64,000 nucleotides of DNA from Octopus sinensis (GCF_006345805.1 NC_042997.1:82150001-82214000), one strand, 5' to 3'. Shown: positions 23,558 through 37,588, counted from the stretch's first letter. Program-made: numbers and translations. Notes: generated by a model from the sequence alone, not told the origin.

Positions 23558-26500
23558 TTTTTTTTTTATTCTTTCAAATTTGCTTCCATTTCTTGCCGAG
23601 TGTCTTCCCGACTCCTAGGGCAAAGAAACTCATAGTATACATTGGTAGGCCATTAAACCAAACTCAATAGTTCGTTCATTTTTAAAAAAAAATTTTTTTT
23701 TAAGTTAAATTAAAATACATGAGCAGCAACAGTTCTCACATCGACAATGCTCTTCTCAATACGTGTGATGTACCAGTTAAGACAATCTTTTGCACTTCTT
23801 GCAGGGATGGTAAGCCAGGGATCATTCTCATATAATTTTCGGTTCCCTTCTTGATCATTCCTAGTGCTCCTACGATCACTAGTATTGTAACCGCCTTGAG
23901 ATGCCACATTTTCTCAATTTCAATGAGTAGGTCTTTATATTTTCTGAGCTTGTCAAACTCTTTCGCTGAGATATTATGATCACAGGGGATGCTCATGTCG
24001 ATCAATAAGCAAACTTTATTGTTTTGGTCTTTCACAACAATATCTGGCTTATTGGCCTTGATGGTTCGGTCTGTATGTACTGGAAAGTCCCACAGAATGG
24101 TTACATCTTCTCCTTCAGTTACAGCCTCAGGGTGGTGATTATACCACTTGTCGGCAGTTTTGATATTGTAATGCCGACTTATTAGCCAGTATGGATATTG
24201 GCCAACTCTGTCATGTCTTAATTTATACTCCACTGGTGCTAAGACTTTACATCCAGAGATTAGGTGGTCCACTGTTTCAATCATGTCGTTGCAGAATCGG
24301 CACTTTGGGTCTGCTCCATTTTTCATCACATTGTTCTGGTAGTTCCGGGTTAATAGGCTTTGATCTTGAGCAGCCAGGATGAAACCTTCGCTCTCTGCTT
24401 TTAGCCCTGAGCTCCGTAGCCACTGATGGGTTTGCTTCTGGTCAACATCAGCTTGTTTGCTGCGGGTCACATATTTGCCGTGCAGAGGTTTCTCCTCCCA
24501 CCTATCAGCCAATTGCTCGTGCGCTTTTTTCGTTGCCATCATTTTCACCTTCTTTGCAACAATAGTTGCCGTACTTCCCTCGGGTTGTTCAGTTTGGGTA
24601 TCCTGCACGAGATCAATAGCAAATTTTTTGCTTTCCTTTATGATAGAATGAAGCTTCTTTCGTCTCTCGTGATTTTCCACGAGCTTTAGCATCCAGTCAT
24701 TCGATATTTCGAGATATTTGGCCAGTCCAATTGTGGTTGTTTTGTAAGCTAGTTCAAATTGTATCAGGCCTCGACCTCCTTGGGCTCTGGGAAGGTAAAG
24801 GCGATCTACGTCTGCCTTTGGGTGGTGCATCCTATTACAACTCAGCAGCTTGCGTATTTTCCTATCTATATTTTTTACTTCACTCATATTCCAGTTCAAC
24901 ACATTGTAGCTATAAGTAACAACTGGAACTGCTAAGGAATTTATAGCTAACACCTTGTTACGTGCATTTAGTTCAGATTTCAGGACTGCACGAACTCTCC
25001 TATAACATTCCTTCCTGATCTTCTCTTTCATGCTTGCATTCTGAATACCAGAGCCTTCATTTATCCCTAAATATTTGTATGTTTGTTCTTGCTCAAGCTC
25101 TCTTATGACTGTGTCAACATCTAACACGACTGAATTTGTGGTCTTCACTTTCCCTTTCTGGAAAGTGGCCTTGGCACACTTCTCAAGTCCAAACTCCATC
25201 CCGATGTCATCGCTGAATGCTTTCACGGTGCGCAATAGGCCTCAAGTTCATTATTGTCTTTACCATAAAGTTTTAAGTCATCCATATAAAATAGATGGCT
25301 TATTTTTTTATTGGCAATTTTATACCCATACCCTGTTCTGTTTAATTCACTTGTAAGGGGTATTAGGGCTATGCGGAATATTAAAGGTGAAAATGAGTCA
25401 CCTTGAAAAATTCCACAGTTGATGTTTATATTTTCTGAGGCAAGTACTCCATTAGAGTGGTATAATTGGAGATTCGTATTCCACAACGACATATTGTGCT
25501 TCAGGAAGTTTGAAATCACAGGGGAAATTTTGAAGATGTCCAGCGATCTCAAGATCCATGGATGCGGTATACTGTCGAAGGCCTTTTTATAGTCAATCCA
25601 TGCTGTGCTGAGATTTCTGCGCTTGTTGTGACAGTTCTCAAGGATCATACGATTGATTAGCAGTTGATCTTTGCATCCGTAAGAGCCTCGGCGGCACCCT
25701 TTTTGTTCGATGGGGAAAATATCGTTCTTCTCCATGAATGCATATGTTTTCTCCGCCAGGATAGATGTTAGGATTTTATACGTGGTGGATAGACAGGTTA
25801 TAGGCCGATAGTTTTTTGGAAGGTTGGTTTCGTTATTCTTTGGGAGTAGGTAAGTAATGTCACTTGCTAACCATTCTGGTGTTTTCTTTGGGTCTCTCAT
25901 AATTCCATTGAGCAGCTGAACTAGCTTACCGTGTGCGCATGGGAGCGATGCGAGCCAGAAATTCGGCACCCTATCTTTACCGGGGGATTTCCAATTATGG
26001 GCCTTCGTGAGTGCCTTTCTTAGGTCTGCTATTGTGATGTCTTCCCATGCTTGTTGTTGTAAATTTTGGTAGGATCCTTCAGTTTGTATAATCCAGTCTG
26101 CATTTATGTTGTACGTCTTCTTGTCACTCCAAATCCTTTTCCAAAAGTTTTGAACTTCTTCCATGGGAGGGGGGTCTTTAACGGTTACTTTCTCCTTCCC
26201 TATTTCTCTGTAGAATTTTTTGGCATTGGATGTGAACAGCTTATTTTGCTTGTAAAACTTGTTTCTCTTCTCAAATCTTCGTATTCTTTGGGCTTTTGCT
26301 TGGACTTTTTGTTTCAGCGTTTCTTTTATTGATATCAGTTCTTCTCTTGGTGAGGATCCAAATTTTCTCTTCATCTTTCTTCCTGTTCTGGATCTTACAT
26401 CATTTCCACATATTAGTTCATTTAATATTGATATTTCCCCTCTCATAAATTCAATCTCTTTTTCAATTTTACTTCTCCAGGTTTGATTTCTTCCCAGGTT

Positions 26501-27530
26501 TTGTTTTCTTTGTTTTTTCGGGGGCATACAGCTGGTTTCAATTGCCCTAGCAGAAGCGTAAATAATTTCATTTAACTCAGTAAAATCAGGTTTTAATTCT
26601 CGTATTATTTCATTTGTTACATAGTTGCCAATTTGGATTTGTTTTTTATTTTGGTTTGTATTTGAGAGTTTATGAAGTGGTTCTCTATCATTCATACTTG
26701 TATGTCTTACAACTTCAAGCGTATTCAGGATTTTCTGCCTCATTTCTGCCATAGACTCTCTGTGTTCTTCAGCAAATGCGAGATCTTCAGTTACTGTTGT
26801 TTTTTCGTTTTCCTGGCTATCTTTAACAGGTACAATAGAATTTCTTGTATCTTCAGGCCTTTGCGTACTTTGGTCAGATGGCAGTCTTTCAATTAAGCCT
26901 CGTGGCGGGCTATACTGTTCATCTGATTCTTCATTTCCTTTGTGTCTTATATTTATGTCATTTTCCGTTGCGTGCTTGATCGCGCTTATTTCACTGCCTG
27001 TGAGCCTGTTATTTCTAAGGATATCCCTCCTCACATTTGCTAATTTGTTCTCGTCCAAATAGGGCCTACTGTCTTGATTCCGTGTTCTCCATATACTGTA
27101 AGAGTTTGCGGTGTGTCTCTCTTGAGATGGCCTACCTAATGCATAGTAATAAGCGTATATTACTTCTTTATACTCTTCTCGGGTCCATTTGTTCCGCTTA
27201 CATTTTTCCTTCTGTGGTCGTTGTGGTGGAGAACTTGGAGGGCTCGAGTTGGGGGATTTCCCGTTCAAGTGACCATCCATGTCCGTATTCGGAGAAGAGT
27301 TTGTGCCAGTTGATGACTTTTCGATCCCAGGCTGACTCTTCCCTGGGGGACGCGCTTCCAGATTAACCATAGGACAAGCGATTTGGTATACTGGTTTAGT
27401 TTTCCTTTTAGTTTCCAAAAACATTTTGGTGCTACGATAATGTTATCATTTTTTAGCTTTGATTGGCTCGTGGGGAGACGGCCATCGTTGCCGTTACAAT
27501 TATAATCGTACCATTATAGCAGCCGTAGTC
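23557..27530 (-). mobile_element. R4/Dong-clade element (copy B, second subfamily), nearly intact
   Basis: 733-aa and 499-aa ORFs overlap at ~25230 (one frameshift). RT motifs YRPITCL, KKAFDS, FQGDSFSP, FYMDDLKLY; RLE motif KPDIVV...IDMSIP...KLRKY. 3' end in (ATT)n. Confidence 0.93.
23736..27424 (-). pseudogene. Dong B RT-RLE polyprotein (~1230 aa) with a single frameshift
   Basis: ORF-track 25223..27424 and 23736..25235 join as ...DNNELE|...LRTVKAFSDD after a one-frame shift. Confidence 0.85.
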
Positions 27531-28316
27531 GGCTTATTATTGTTATCATCACCATTACTATCACTATCATCATTATCACCACCATTACCATCATCGTTAT
27601 GATCATCACCATCACCATCACCACCATCATCATCAATGATATTGTTTTATGTGTAGTCACAGCAGTATCTTATTATTGTTATTTTTGTTTTTTTATCATT
27701 ATCACCATCACAGTAGTGTCTGTCTGTCTCGTTGGCTGGCTTGGTGGTTGGCTGGCTGACTGTCTTCAACGCCAGAGTTCTTGCCTGTCAAATAATACTT
27801 TCATATTTGGTTAACAATAGAGCGGAGGTGAGGTTTGTGTTGGTTGAACTCTTTGAGTGTGTGTGTAGATAGATAGATAGATTATCAGCACTATTACTAT
27901 CATTATTATCATCATCACCATCATCACTATCACCATCAGTGATTTTTTTTTTTTTTAGGTGGGGTCCTATTGATCAAAAAAAGTTCAGATGTTTACTACT
28001 ATTAGGCTTAAGAAAAATTAAGGAAGGGATGTTCTGTATTGTTTGTGAATAGAGAAGTTGTGTTCGACCAGAGAGAATCTTAGCATCATCATTTTTTTTT
28101 CCATGTGCGTTTGTGTTATTGCAATAAAAAGTGTTTGTATATTTCGTGTAAGGTAATATTGTGGAGGTTGAAGTTGACTTTTCTAGAGATGTTTGTATGT
28201 CCGGTTAGAAGAACAGGTGTGTTTTTGCAATAAAAAGTATATGTTTACATTTATATTTGAATATTCAGGGAGGAAGCAAAGAAAAGTCAGATTTTCATAG
28301 AAAGTTTTATTATTAA

Positions 28317-28383
<67 letters not shown>

Positions 28384-28655
28384 ATTATTATTATTATTAT
28401 TATAATTATTATTATTATTATTATTATTAAGGCGGCGAGCTGACACAATAATTAGGACACCCTGCAAAATGCAAAAATAACTCGTATTAAACCCAACATA
28501 TGTGAATGTATTCGGAAGAGGGAAACTGAAAAAGTCCATAAAAGCGTGCATATGCGTATGTGTACGTATGCTAATATCTATGTGTATGAGCTTTTCTATT
28601 TGTCTTTGTATTCCACCGCTTGTGTTTCGTCGGGTTCAATCGTATTGCTTATGTG

Positions 28656-28885
28656 GCCGCTGCCATGAGCGAAGCACAAGTATACGAGTGGTTTTCACGT
28701 TTCAGAAATGGTCACTTGTCGCTTGAGGACCAAACTCGTTCAGGGCCACCGTCAATCTCCCGATTAAATGTAAACATAAAAATTCATGAAATGATTTTGG
28801 AGGACCCTCACTGAACAATTTACGAACTTGATATGATTGGCGTGTCCTGAAGCTCCTGCCAAAGAATTTTGAGCGTGGAATTGTG
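28656..28885 (+). mobile_element. Mariner (Mos1-type) transposase N-terminal HTH fragment
   Basis: MSEAQVYEWFSRFRNGHLSLEDQTRSGPP...IHEMILEDP, then in broken frames TIYEL...SSCQRIL. Confidence 0.8.
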
Positions 28886-28972
28886 AATCAATAGAGTAAA
28901 TAAGAATAAAGAATATACAAGATGTGCGTGTCTGTGTCTGTGTGTGTGTGTGTGTGTGTTTGTGTTTGTGTT

Positions 28973-29033
<61 letters not shown>

Positions 29034-29589
29034 TTGTGTGTATGCGTATATTTGGCATAAAGTACTTGACTGGCACTTTATTTAATCAACCCTGAAATGA
29101 ATTAGCCACGTTGACGTCAAATTTGCGTCAATTAGGAGGGAATATATCAAAATGATTTTGTTGAGAATAGCACCATTGTTTGCAAGCTTTACAAATAAGT
29201 TGCTGAATCATTGTATTTACGATGTGCATGTACTGAATCTGGTACCTCATCTCTATTAACAGCTTGAGGATCTCTTAAATGTATTTTTGACTTTTGGTAT
29301 GAATAGCGTCGTTGTTTGTAAGCGTTACAATCCGTTTCTGAGTCATTGCATTTACAATGAGCATTGAGTAAAGAGGGCAGAACAGCTTTAGCAGGTAGGG
29401 CATGAACACCAGTAATATAATACCATAATAGGCCACCATAAAATCACTATTGTGAATTCTGGATTGAGTTTTCTCTGTAATGCACACATACAACTAGTTC
29501 AGCTATTTTCTATCCAACATCGATTTTCTATTAGTCACAAGGGGCCAACAAAGAGAGGACAATACAATCTGATTTGGGGGTCAGATGAG

Positions 29590-31450
29590 CGAATGATTAT
29601 ACAGAAAAGATGACATAAAAAATTTTACAAAAATAAGGAAATATAATAAAATTGAATGGTAAAACAGACCGGAAGACATTACGGATGAAATGGGGGTGGG
29701 GGTTTAATTCGGACCCCACGAGCCCCGCCTCGCCACCGATACCTGAGTTACATCCTGTGTCGCATTCTTGAGGTTCCATCCACACGCAACATCCATGCTA
29801 CATTCTTACGTCGATTTTCAAACATTTTCACAGTCAGGCATTTTCTCTCTAACCCTATTTTCCTTTTAAGGTGAAAGGTGAAGTAATTCACGAATTCAGT
29901 GCCACAGATGCATTTGCCTGACTTTCAGCCTCGTTCTCCAAATTACCTCTCTCGCAATTGCTACTACAATGAGAAAACAATTCTTACCTTCTTTCGAAAG
30001 GAAATCAAAAGGGTCAATTTTTACTATACACTCAGTCGATAGCTGTACTCTTCCTGCACTTGACAACAGTTGTTCAGCATAAACTCACACATCTGACACC
30101 TCCGAACATTGAACAAGTGCATGCGGAACGGTTTCCCTATACCGCTCGCATCTAGGACAGGTCGAAGAGCCAAAGCCACCATGCCTTGTGAGCTTGTCCC
30201 GAACATGTAAGGCTCCTCTGTAACACTACCATGCCAGATACTTCTGAAAGTTATCCAGCGTCTCCGGCGCGAATGTACGTTGGAACAGACTGGCCAGCTG
30301 ATTATCGTCAAGACCTATGGTTTCCCCTAAAGTATCGTCATATTCCGCCTCTACCAGCCCTCTATAAAAGAATGCGTTGGAATCTCCACCACAGGCATTG
30401 ACCGAGCGACGGAATAATAGGAGAGCATTGCGATACTCCGTAAACCATGTACCCAACTTCGATCTTCGATAGAACGAGGATTCCTGTCCAGTGAAACTAG
30501 TGAATTTGGGAAACATCCGTTTCGCCAGCGGAGACCACACCCGTTCACCATTCAGGTAGAGCCACAAATGCCTCAACCTCAGCGCATATCTAGCCCACCC
30601 TTTAACGGTTGTTGACAGCAAGTAGAGCGTTTCACAAGCGGTTTCAAGCCCCTCCACAAAAAGGGAAAGAACTGTCTTTCCAGCTTGTTCAACCACGAAT
30701 CAGGGCAAAGAACGACGGTTAGGCAGTAGTTGATGACCGATGTGATGAACACATTGGCTACCTCCGTCCTCCCTTTCAGGGATAGCCACCGCCAAGACCA
30801 GGCCTTGACTATGTGGGTCACCCTGCTCGATACCTCGGTCCAGTTCTTCTCTATCTGGAGGTCTGGTCCAAACCAACTCCTAGCAACTTAATCGGACCCT
30901 TTGTCCAACGTCCCATGACGCTGTCAGGGGGCATCGATTTGATTCTCCAGGTGCCGAGCTGCAAGCCGACTGACTTTTCACGATTAACTTTTGCTCCTGC
31001 TACCGTCTCGTAAACCTTAATGACATTTCCTACCCTCTGTAGGTGATCCATTTCGGTTACCATGATGGTGATGTCATCCGCATAAGCTTAAACCGACTTT
31101 ACACAACCCGGCTGTCTCGGGATTCCACTCAATTTTTGCAGTAATGGATCAAGAACCATCACGTACAAAAGCGGGGAGAGCGGACACCCTTGACGAACTG
31201 AGCTTTTGATGTTGAACGGCCTTGATAAGAAGCCGTTCACCCGAACTACCGAGTCGCTGTTGTCAGAAATCTGAATGAACCACATGAGGAAGCCAAGACC
31301 CAGGCCGAACTGTGCAAGAGCGGACACCAGATAGCGATGGTTACCCTATCAAATGAAGTAGATCGGTCTAAATGGACCAGTGCCCCACTCTTGCCAGAAT
31401 CACTATTAAATCCCGCTAAAGTGTACCGTATAAGATGGAGACTATTTGTC
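29590..31450 (-). mobile_element. 5'-truncated degenerate Tx1 element (RT to 3'UTR)
   Basis: QGCPLSPLLYV, YADD, WRWLSLKGR, ALRLRHLW and LDNFQK.LAW motifs; ORF2 ends ~29750, followed by 3'UTR. Confidence 0.85.
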
Positions 31451-31524
31451 TAGCCAACGTGTGAGCTAGAGCATTGTTGAAGGGTTCACATAATGTGTGA
31501 CGAAAGAACTTTGACAACGCAACT

Positions 31525-32034
31525 AAAATCGATAGTGAAGATTTCCCCGCCAACTCCCTTTAACCGGGCGGGGCAGACAATTCTTTATTTACCTGGTGGT
31601 TGTAGAGAAAGAAGTAGTGTGGTGGACACGTTTGAAAGGCCTAAAGACATGCACTTTCGTCTTTGGCTAAAGCGTCATCAACTTCAAGTCTCACTTGAGA
31701 AGGAAAGTGAGGGTGGAGAGGGAAATGTCTTCTATCAAATTTGTTGAAAGGTAGGTGGATGTTAGGAAAATGGCCAGTGTAAATGGACCAATTCTGAGAA
31801 TACACCTGTAAAAATAATAAAAGGAGAAGGGCTCTTGCCCAGTTGATCAGGCACCCGTGGCTTTTGTTGCTTTTTCTACGAGTAACCATTAAAGAGCCTA
31901 CCACTATTGGGAGTTTTACTTGTTACTTCTGGATTGTTATTTAATGTTTACATGAATGTGAAAACCCTTTGTAACGTCTTCTGTTGTCTTTTATGTATAA
32001 TTTATATTAGCCCTTGTAGCCCATAAAAGAATTA

Positions 32035-32035
<1 letters not shown>
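31525..32035 (+). mobile_element. Tx1 3'-end fragment, duplicate of 15690-16195
   Basis: Near-identical to 15690-16195; ends in (ATT)n. Confidence 0.85.
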
Positions 32036-32100
<65 letters not shown>

Positions 32101-32101
<1 letters not shown>

Positions 32102-33973
32102 TATGTTTGACTTTTGCTTTATGTCTGTACAAGTTGGCTCCAAGTCTCACCCAGAGACCTCAAGAGACAACAGGTTGGAAGTTCTGTGCCATATATTTAT
32201 GTTTTTTTTTGTTTGGTTTTTTGGTGTTGTACTAGTGAATGTCTAATACATGAAAATAAAAATAAAAATTTTAAAAATAAAATAAAATAAATTAAAATAA
32301 ATAAATAAATAAATACAAAAAAGTTTGTTTTAAACCTTGGGATTACATAGAGAGTATTTTGCGTAGGATATGAGCAGTTCCCATGAGCACTATCTTTTGG
32401 ATTTCTGCCATTTTGGGGTTTCCTGGTATGTGAGTTAGGTAGCGATTAGTCCCTTTCGCTATCATTCCCAGGGCACCTATGACAACAGGTATTGTTTTAG
32501 TCTTCAGCTTCCACATTTTGCTGATTTCTATTTCAAGATCTTTATATTTGCTCAGTTTTTGGTAGGTCTTGACAGATACGTTTATATCGATTGGGACAGT
32601 CATATCAATGAAGAGGCATGTTCTTTGTCTGAAGTCTTTCAATATGATGTCTGGCCTATTTGCATCTATCTTCCTGTCAGTTTGAATGGTGATGTTCCAG
32701 AGGAGCGAGATGTGGTCATTTTCAAGCACTGGAGGTGGATTGTGCTCCCACCAGTTTTTTTCATGGGGCAAATCCAGGTTTTAGCAAATTACCCAGTGAA
32801 TATATTGTGCAGCTCTATTATGCCTGTTGAGGTACTCTGTAGACGCTAGAAGACTGCATTTGGAGACAACATGATCAATTGTTTCATTTTGTTGTCGGCA
32901 TACACGACATTTTGGGCTACTGCCGTTCTTTAATTTGTTGGCCTGGTAGTTTCTTGTTGGTAGGCATTGATCTTAAGCTGCTATGATAAACCCCTCTGTT
33001 TCAGATTTTAAGCCAGAGGCCATTAGCCATTGATGGCTCAGGGCTTTGTCTATATCTGCATTATTCGCTCTCTTTGGGTATTTGCCATAGAGAGGTTTTT
33101 CTTGCCATTTATTATTCAGAATATCTAAGGCCGCAGTTTTGGCACGGGTTTTCATGCGCTTAGCTTTTTCTGTGCTTGTTTCTTGTATGTCTATCTCTAA
33201 TTCCGAAATTGGTTGTATTCAGAATTCACTTACATATTCCTTTGCCTGTTTTGTGACTGAGTATGATGCTTTCTTGTTTTCATGTTTTGAGACAAGTTTT
33301 AACATCCAGTCCTCAGAGTTTTTCAGGTAGGTGTCTAGGCCAATTGTAGCAATCTTCATTGTTATTGCCAGTTGTAAAAGACCACGGCCTCCCTCTTTTC
33401 TTGGCAGATAGAGTCGTTCTGTATCTGCCGTAGGGTGGTGCATTCTATGCATTGTCAACAGTTTCCTTATTTTTCTGTCGAGCTGACATATTTCAGTAAT
33501 TGACCAGTTAACAATACTGAAACTGTAAGTCACGACTGGTATAGCTAATGCATTGATCAATTCGATCCTGTTTCTTGCATTCAGCTCTGTCTTGAGTATT
33601 GCTCTCACTCTTCGATAGTATTCTCTCCTGATCCTTTCCTTCATCTCTGAATGCCTTATTCCGTTCCCTTCAATTACCCCTAGGTACTTGTAGATCTCCG
33701 CTGTGTCTAGTTCTTTTATGACATTCTGCTGGTCAAGGTTAACGTTAGACGTTTCTGTCATTTTTCCTTTGATAAAGGTAGCTTTTGCACATTTATCGAG
33801 GCCTAATTGCATTCTGATGTCGTCACTGAATTGTTTGACTATCGCTAGTAAGCCCTTGAGTTGTTGGTCATTTTTTGCAAAAAGCTTTAAATCATCCATG
33901 TAAATAAGATGATTTATATTTTTATCAAACATTTTATACCCATACTGCGCATCATTGAGCAGCTTTGGGAGAG

Positions 33974-33978
<5 letters not shown>
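32101..33978 (-). mobile_element. 5'-truncated R4/Dong element (copy C), close relative of copy A
   Basis: Near-identical 3'UTR and RT/RLE segments to 18185-20420; pure (ATT)n on both sides. Confidence 0.92.
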
Positions 33979-34017
<39 letters not shown>

Positions 34018-34039
34018 ATTATTATTATTATTATTATTG

Positions 34040-34264
34040 AATGAGAGATCAGTGCATGCCATCAAAGTGACACTGGGTTAAAATATACGAAGTCCAGTAT
34101 GCCCATCATGACTACCCGTCTGATAAGGGTACACTAGGCACATGCATCACAGCCATATGTGCGCGACATGGTGATCTCATATCAAGATAAACAGCGCATG
34201 ACCTTGTAAGTGGGGCCCAGTTAGAATCTTCTTCTGGTCGAGTAATTATCTATTATTATTATTA

Positions 34265-34338
<74 letters not shown>

Positions 34339-34360
34339 ACCACTATTATTATTATTGTTG

Positions 34361-34414
<54 letters not shown>

Positions 34415-35010
34415 TATTATTATTATTATTATCATTATTATTATTATTATTATTGCGTGAGAGAGCAGTGCATGCCATCAAAGTGACACTGGGGTAAAAT
34501 ATAGGAAGCCCAGCATAACCATTATGACTACCCGTCTCATAAGGGTACACCAGGCACATTCATCACAACCATATGTGCGTGACATGGTGATCTCATGTCA
34601 AGATAAACAGTACATGACCTTGCAGGTGGGGCCCAGTTAGAATTTTCTTCTGGTCGAGTAGCCCATCCCGCTCAAAAGGTACCTAAATAAGGATTGTTTA
34701 AGGATGTTGAACAAACCACCCATGTTTCCAAAGGTGAATTATCCAAACCTCTAAGAATTCCTTTCAACACACGGCTATGATGCTCCTCCACTACTTCTGC
34801 TCGTGATCAGAGATGCACATATCGTCAGCCATTAAGGAACATGCTCAACTGGTTACGGTCAAACAACTGACAAGCAAATCTGTGGTATTGAGCAGAATAT
34901 TTACTGTAGCCCATCTTTTATACCAAGACAAAACGATGCACATGATAACACTCCCAATCAGTTAAGATCAGAAGCTATGAGAGCCACTGTCTGCTACTGC
35001 ATCAGGGCAT
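34040..35010. repeat. Truncated (34040-34245) and long (34455-35010) copies of the (ATT)n-embedded ~560-bp element
   Basis: Direct sequence identity with 16372-16580; flanked by (ATT)n; no ORF. Confidence 0.85.
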
Positions 35011-35060
35011 TTACTATTATTATTGTTATTGTTGCTGCTGTTGTTGTTGTTCTTATTATT

Positions 35061-37260
35061 CCTTCGTAAAACAGTACAGGTAAAAATGTACAGGAGTCTT
35101 TAGTCATCTGTCAACTCACAACAAGGACCTCAGATAGATAATACATAAGATATGCGCTGTGCCCAATAAGGCTGCTTTTTTCAGGACATCAATCTTGCAT
35201 GGGATTTCCAGTTGCCTTAAGAAGTCTTGAAGTTACAATGAGATTTAGCCCAAAGCTCCGATCACCACTGGTATCACTTTTACATTACCTTCTCGCATTC
35301 CATACTATCTTGCCATTTCTACTTTCAATTTGGAGTACTTGGTGATTTTTCAACCTCTTTACTCACAACATTCATGTCATTTGGTTTGGCTACATCAATG
35401 ATCTGATAGTATTTGTCTCTCTTATTCAATATGACAATATCCTGCCGACGGTGTATGATTACACGATCCGTTTTAAGATCATAGTCCCAGAGTATCTTTA
35501 GTTTTCCATCCTGCTGCATAACTTTACTTAGTACATGCTCATACCAGTTCTCTGTTACTTCATATTGGTATTTACGGCATAAGAGCCTATGAAGATACAC
35601 ACACACTTTATCGTGGCTGCGCTTGTATTCTTTTTGTGCAAGGCTCTCACATCCACTTACCAAGTGGGTCACATTTTCCACACACTTTCCACAGAGTCTG
35701 CATTTCTGGGTGTCATTCCTTTCAACCTGTCCATGCATTCTCATTTCAAAAGGTCTTCCTTTCTCTTCCCCTCAGCTCTTTGGTTAAACTCTTCCTTACC
35801 CATAATTTCATCTGCATTTACACCCATATCTTTCGTGGCATATTGCAGCAGGTCTTCATCACTATTTATCAAATACTCAGCAAGCGTTCTACTTTCACTC
35901 CTTATACAGGGTCTATACTAATTAGTCCTCTACCACCATTCTTTCTTTTCATATACAGTCTGTTTACGTTTGCTTTAGGGTGTAGCGCCCCATGTAGCGT
36001 CATCAACTTTCTTGTCGTTCTATGCAGCGTTGAAATTTCCTCCTTAGACCCTTTGAGGATGGACGCACTATATCTGACCACCGCAACTGCCCATATATTC
36101 ATTGCGTTAAATCAAATTTTTGGCATTCTGGTTCGATTTCAACACCATCTTCACCCTTTTTTGATACGCCTCGCTGACCTTGACTTTCATTTCCCTGTGT
36201 AGAATGTCATCCAGTTTCAAAATCCCTAAATATTTATACCCACTACCATCAGGTTCAATCATGGTCTCTCCTAATGGTAACCGCAATCCTCTGCAGGATG
36301 CTTTCTTCCCTCTTTTCATATTAAGTACTGAGCATCTGGTAATCCCAAATTCCATACCAATACCCCTACCATACTTCTAGACTGTTTTGGTTAAGGAATC
36401 TATCTGTTTTACAGCTTTCCCAAACAATTTCAGGTCATACATAAACAGAAGATGGTTCAACGTTGGGCCTTTTTTCCCACATGAGTAACCCATCTTAACT
36501 TTCCGAAGTGTCATTGTTATGAGTATTAGTGCAATTACAAATGGTAACGGAGAAAACGGGTCGCCTTGGAAGATTCCCCTTTTAATATTAACTTCTCCAA
36601 GGAATACACTACCTGAGTGCAATTTGGTTTGCCACTCCTTCATGCTTTGCATCAGAAAATTTGTGATGTTGTCAGCAACACCAAACATCTGCAGGAATTC
36701 AACGATCCAAGAATGAGGCATCATATCGTATGCCTTCTTAAAATCAATCCAAGCTATAGACATGTTTTTATGATGTTTTTCACAATGCCTCAAAACTGTT
36801 TTATCCATAACCAGGTTATCCTTGATACCCTGAGAACTCTTCCTACATCCTTTGTTCCCTTGGTAGTATTTCTTCTTGTGCCAGGAAAGTGTATGTCTTT
36901 GACGCACATATTCCAGTGAGTATCTTCCAGATTATGTTTAGGCATGCTATGGGACGGTAGTTTCCCATAATATTCCCCTTCTATCTTTCATTATAAATGT
37001 TGTTCTCCCACTCACCATCCACGCGGAAACTGTGCCTTTCTGGACACACTCATTCAGTTGGGCTGCTCGTCTTTCATGCACCGCGTGGCATCTCTTCAGT
37101 CAGAAGCCATGAATCCCAGCTGGTCCGGGGGCTTTCCAGTTAGGCACTTTACCAATTTGTTCTTTCACATCACCCGTGCATATGACAATATTCCTTTGTT
37201 TCTTTCCTCCTTGTAATTCTGTCTTGATAGTTTCTACCCACATTGCATCCCTTTTATGCG
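35061..37260 (-). mobile_element. Degenerate 5'-truncated R4/Dong element (copy D, third subfamily)
   Basis: AWIDFKKAYD, IFQGDPFSP, LFMYDLKLF, CRLC..ENVTHLVSGC, RRQDIVI...IIDVAKP and AALLGTAHIL motifs; 3' end next to (ATT/GTT)n. Confidence 0.85.
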
Positions 37261-37588
37261 CCATATTATTTCCTTAAACTATAAAGCACATAATAACTTT
37301 TAAACGTATTACAAGGAGGTAAAAAAACAATACTTTGAAAACAATCTCTTTTTTTTATTGAATGGCAGTATTTTGTTTGAATTTATTGATACACCTTGCT
37401 TGTGTTTAATATATCGACATAATGTTTCCAAATATGCTGACTTACACAGGGGGAATCCATGCGTTACGCTAGTAATACGTAATTGACGTTCACGTGTCAC
37501 AATGGATTATAGTTTGGCCAATGACATAAGTCTAAAAACAGAGAAGGGTTACTGCTTTTCAAATGCGTCATACATCCGGCATGAAGGC

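Noticed and set aside
29100-29500. Possible Helitron Pif1 helicase relic (KRIVTLTNNDAI)
   Set aside because: The resemblance is too faint to support without a profile search.
29590-32035. Twin-priming 5' inversion of a single Tx1 element
   Set aside because: The minus-strand part has its own ORF2 end and a different 3'UTR, so these are two separate elements lying head to head.
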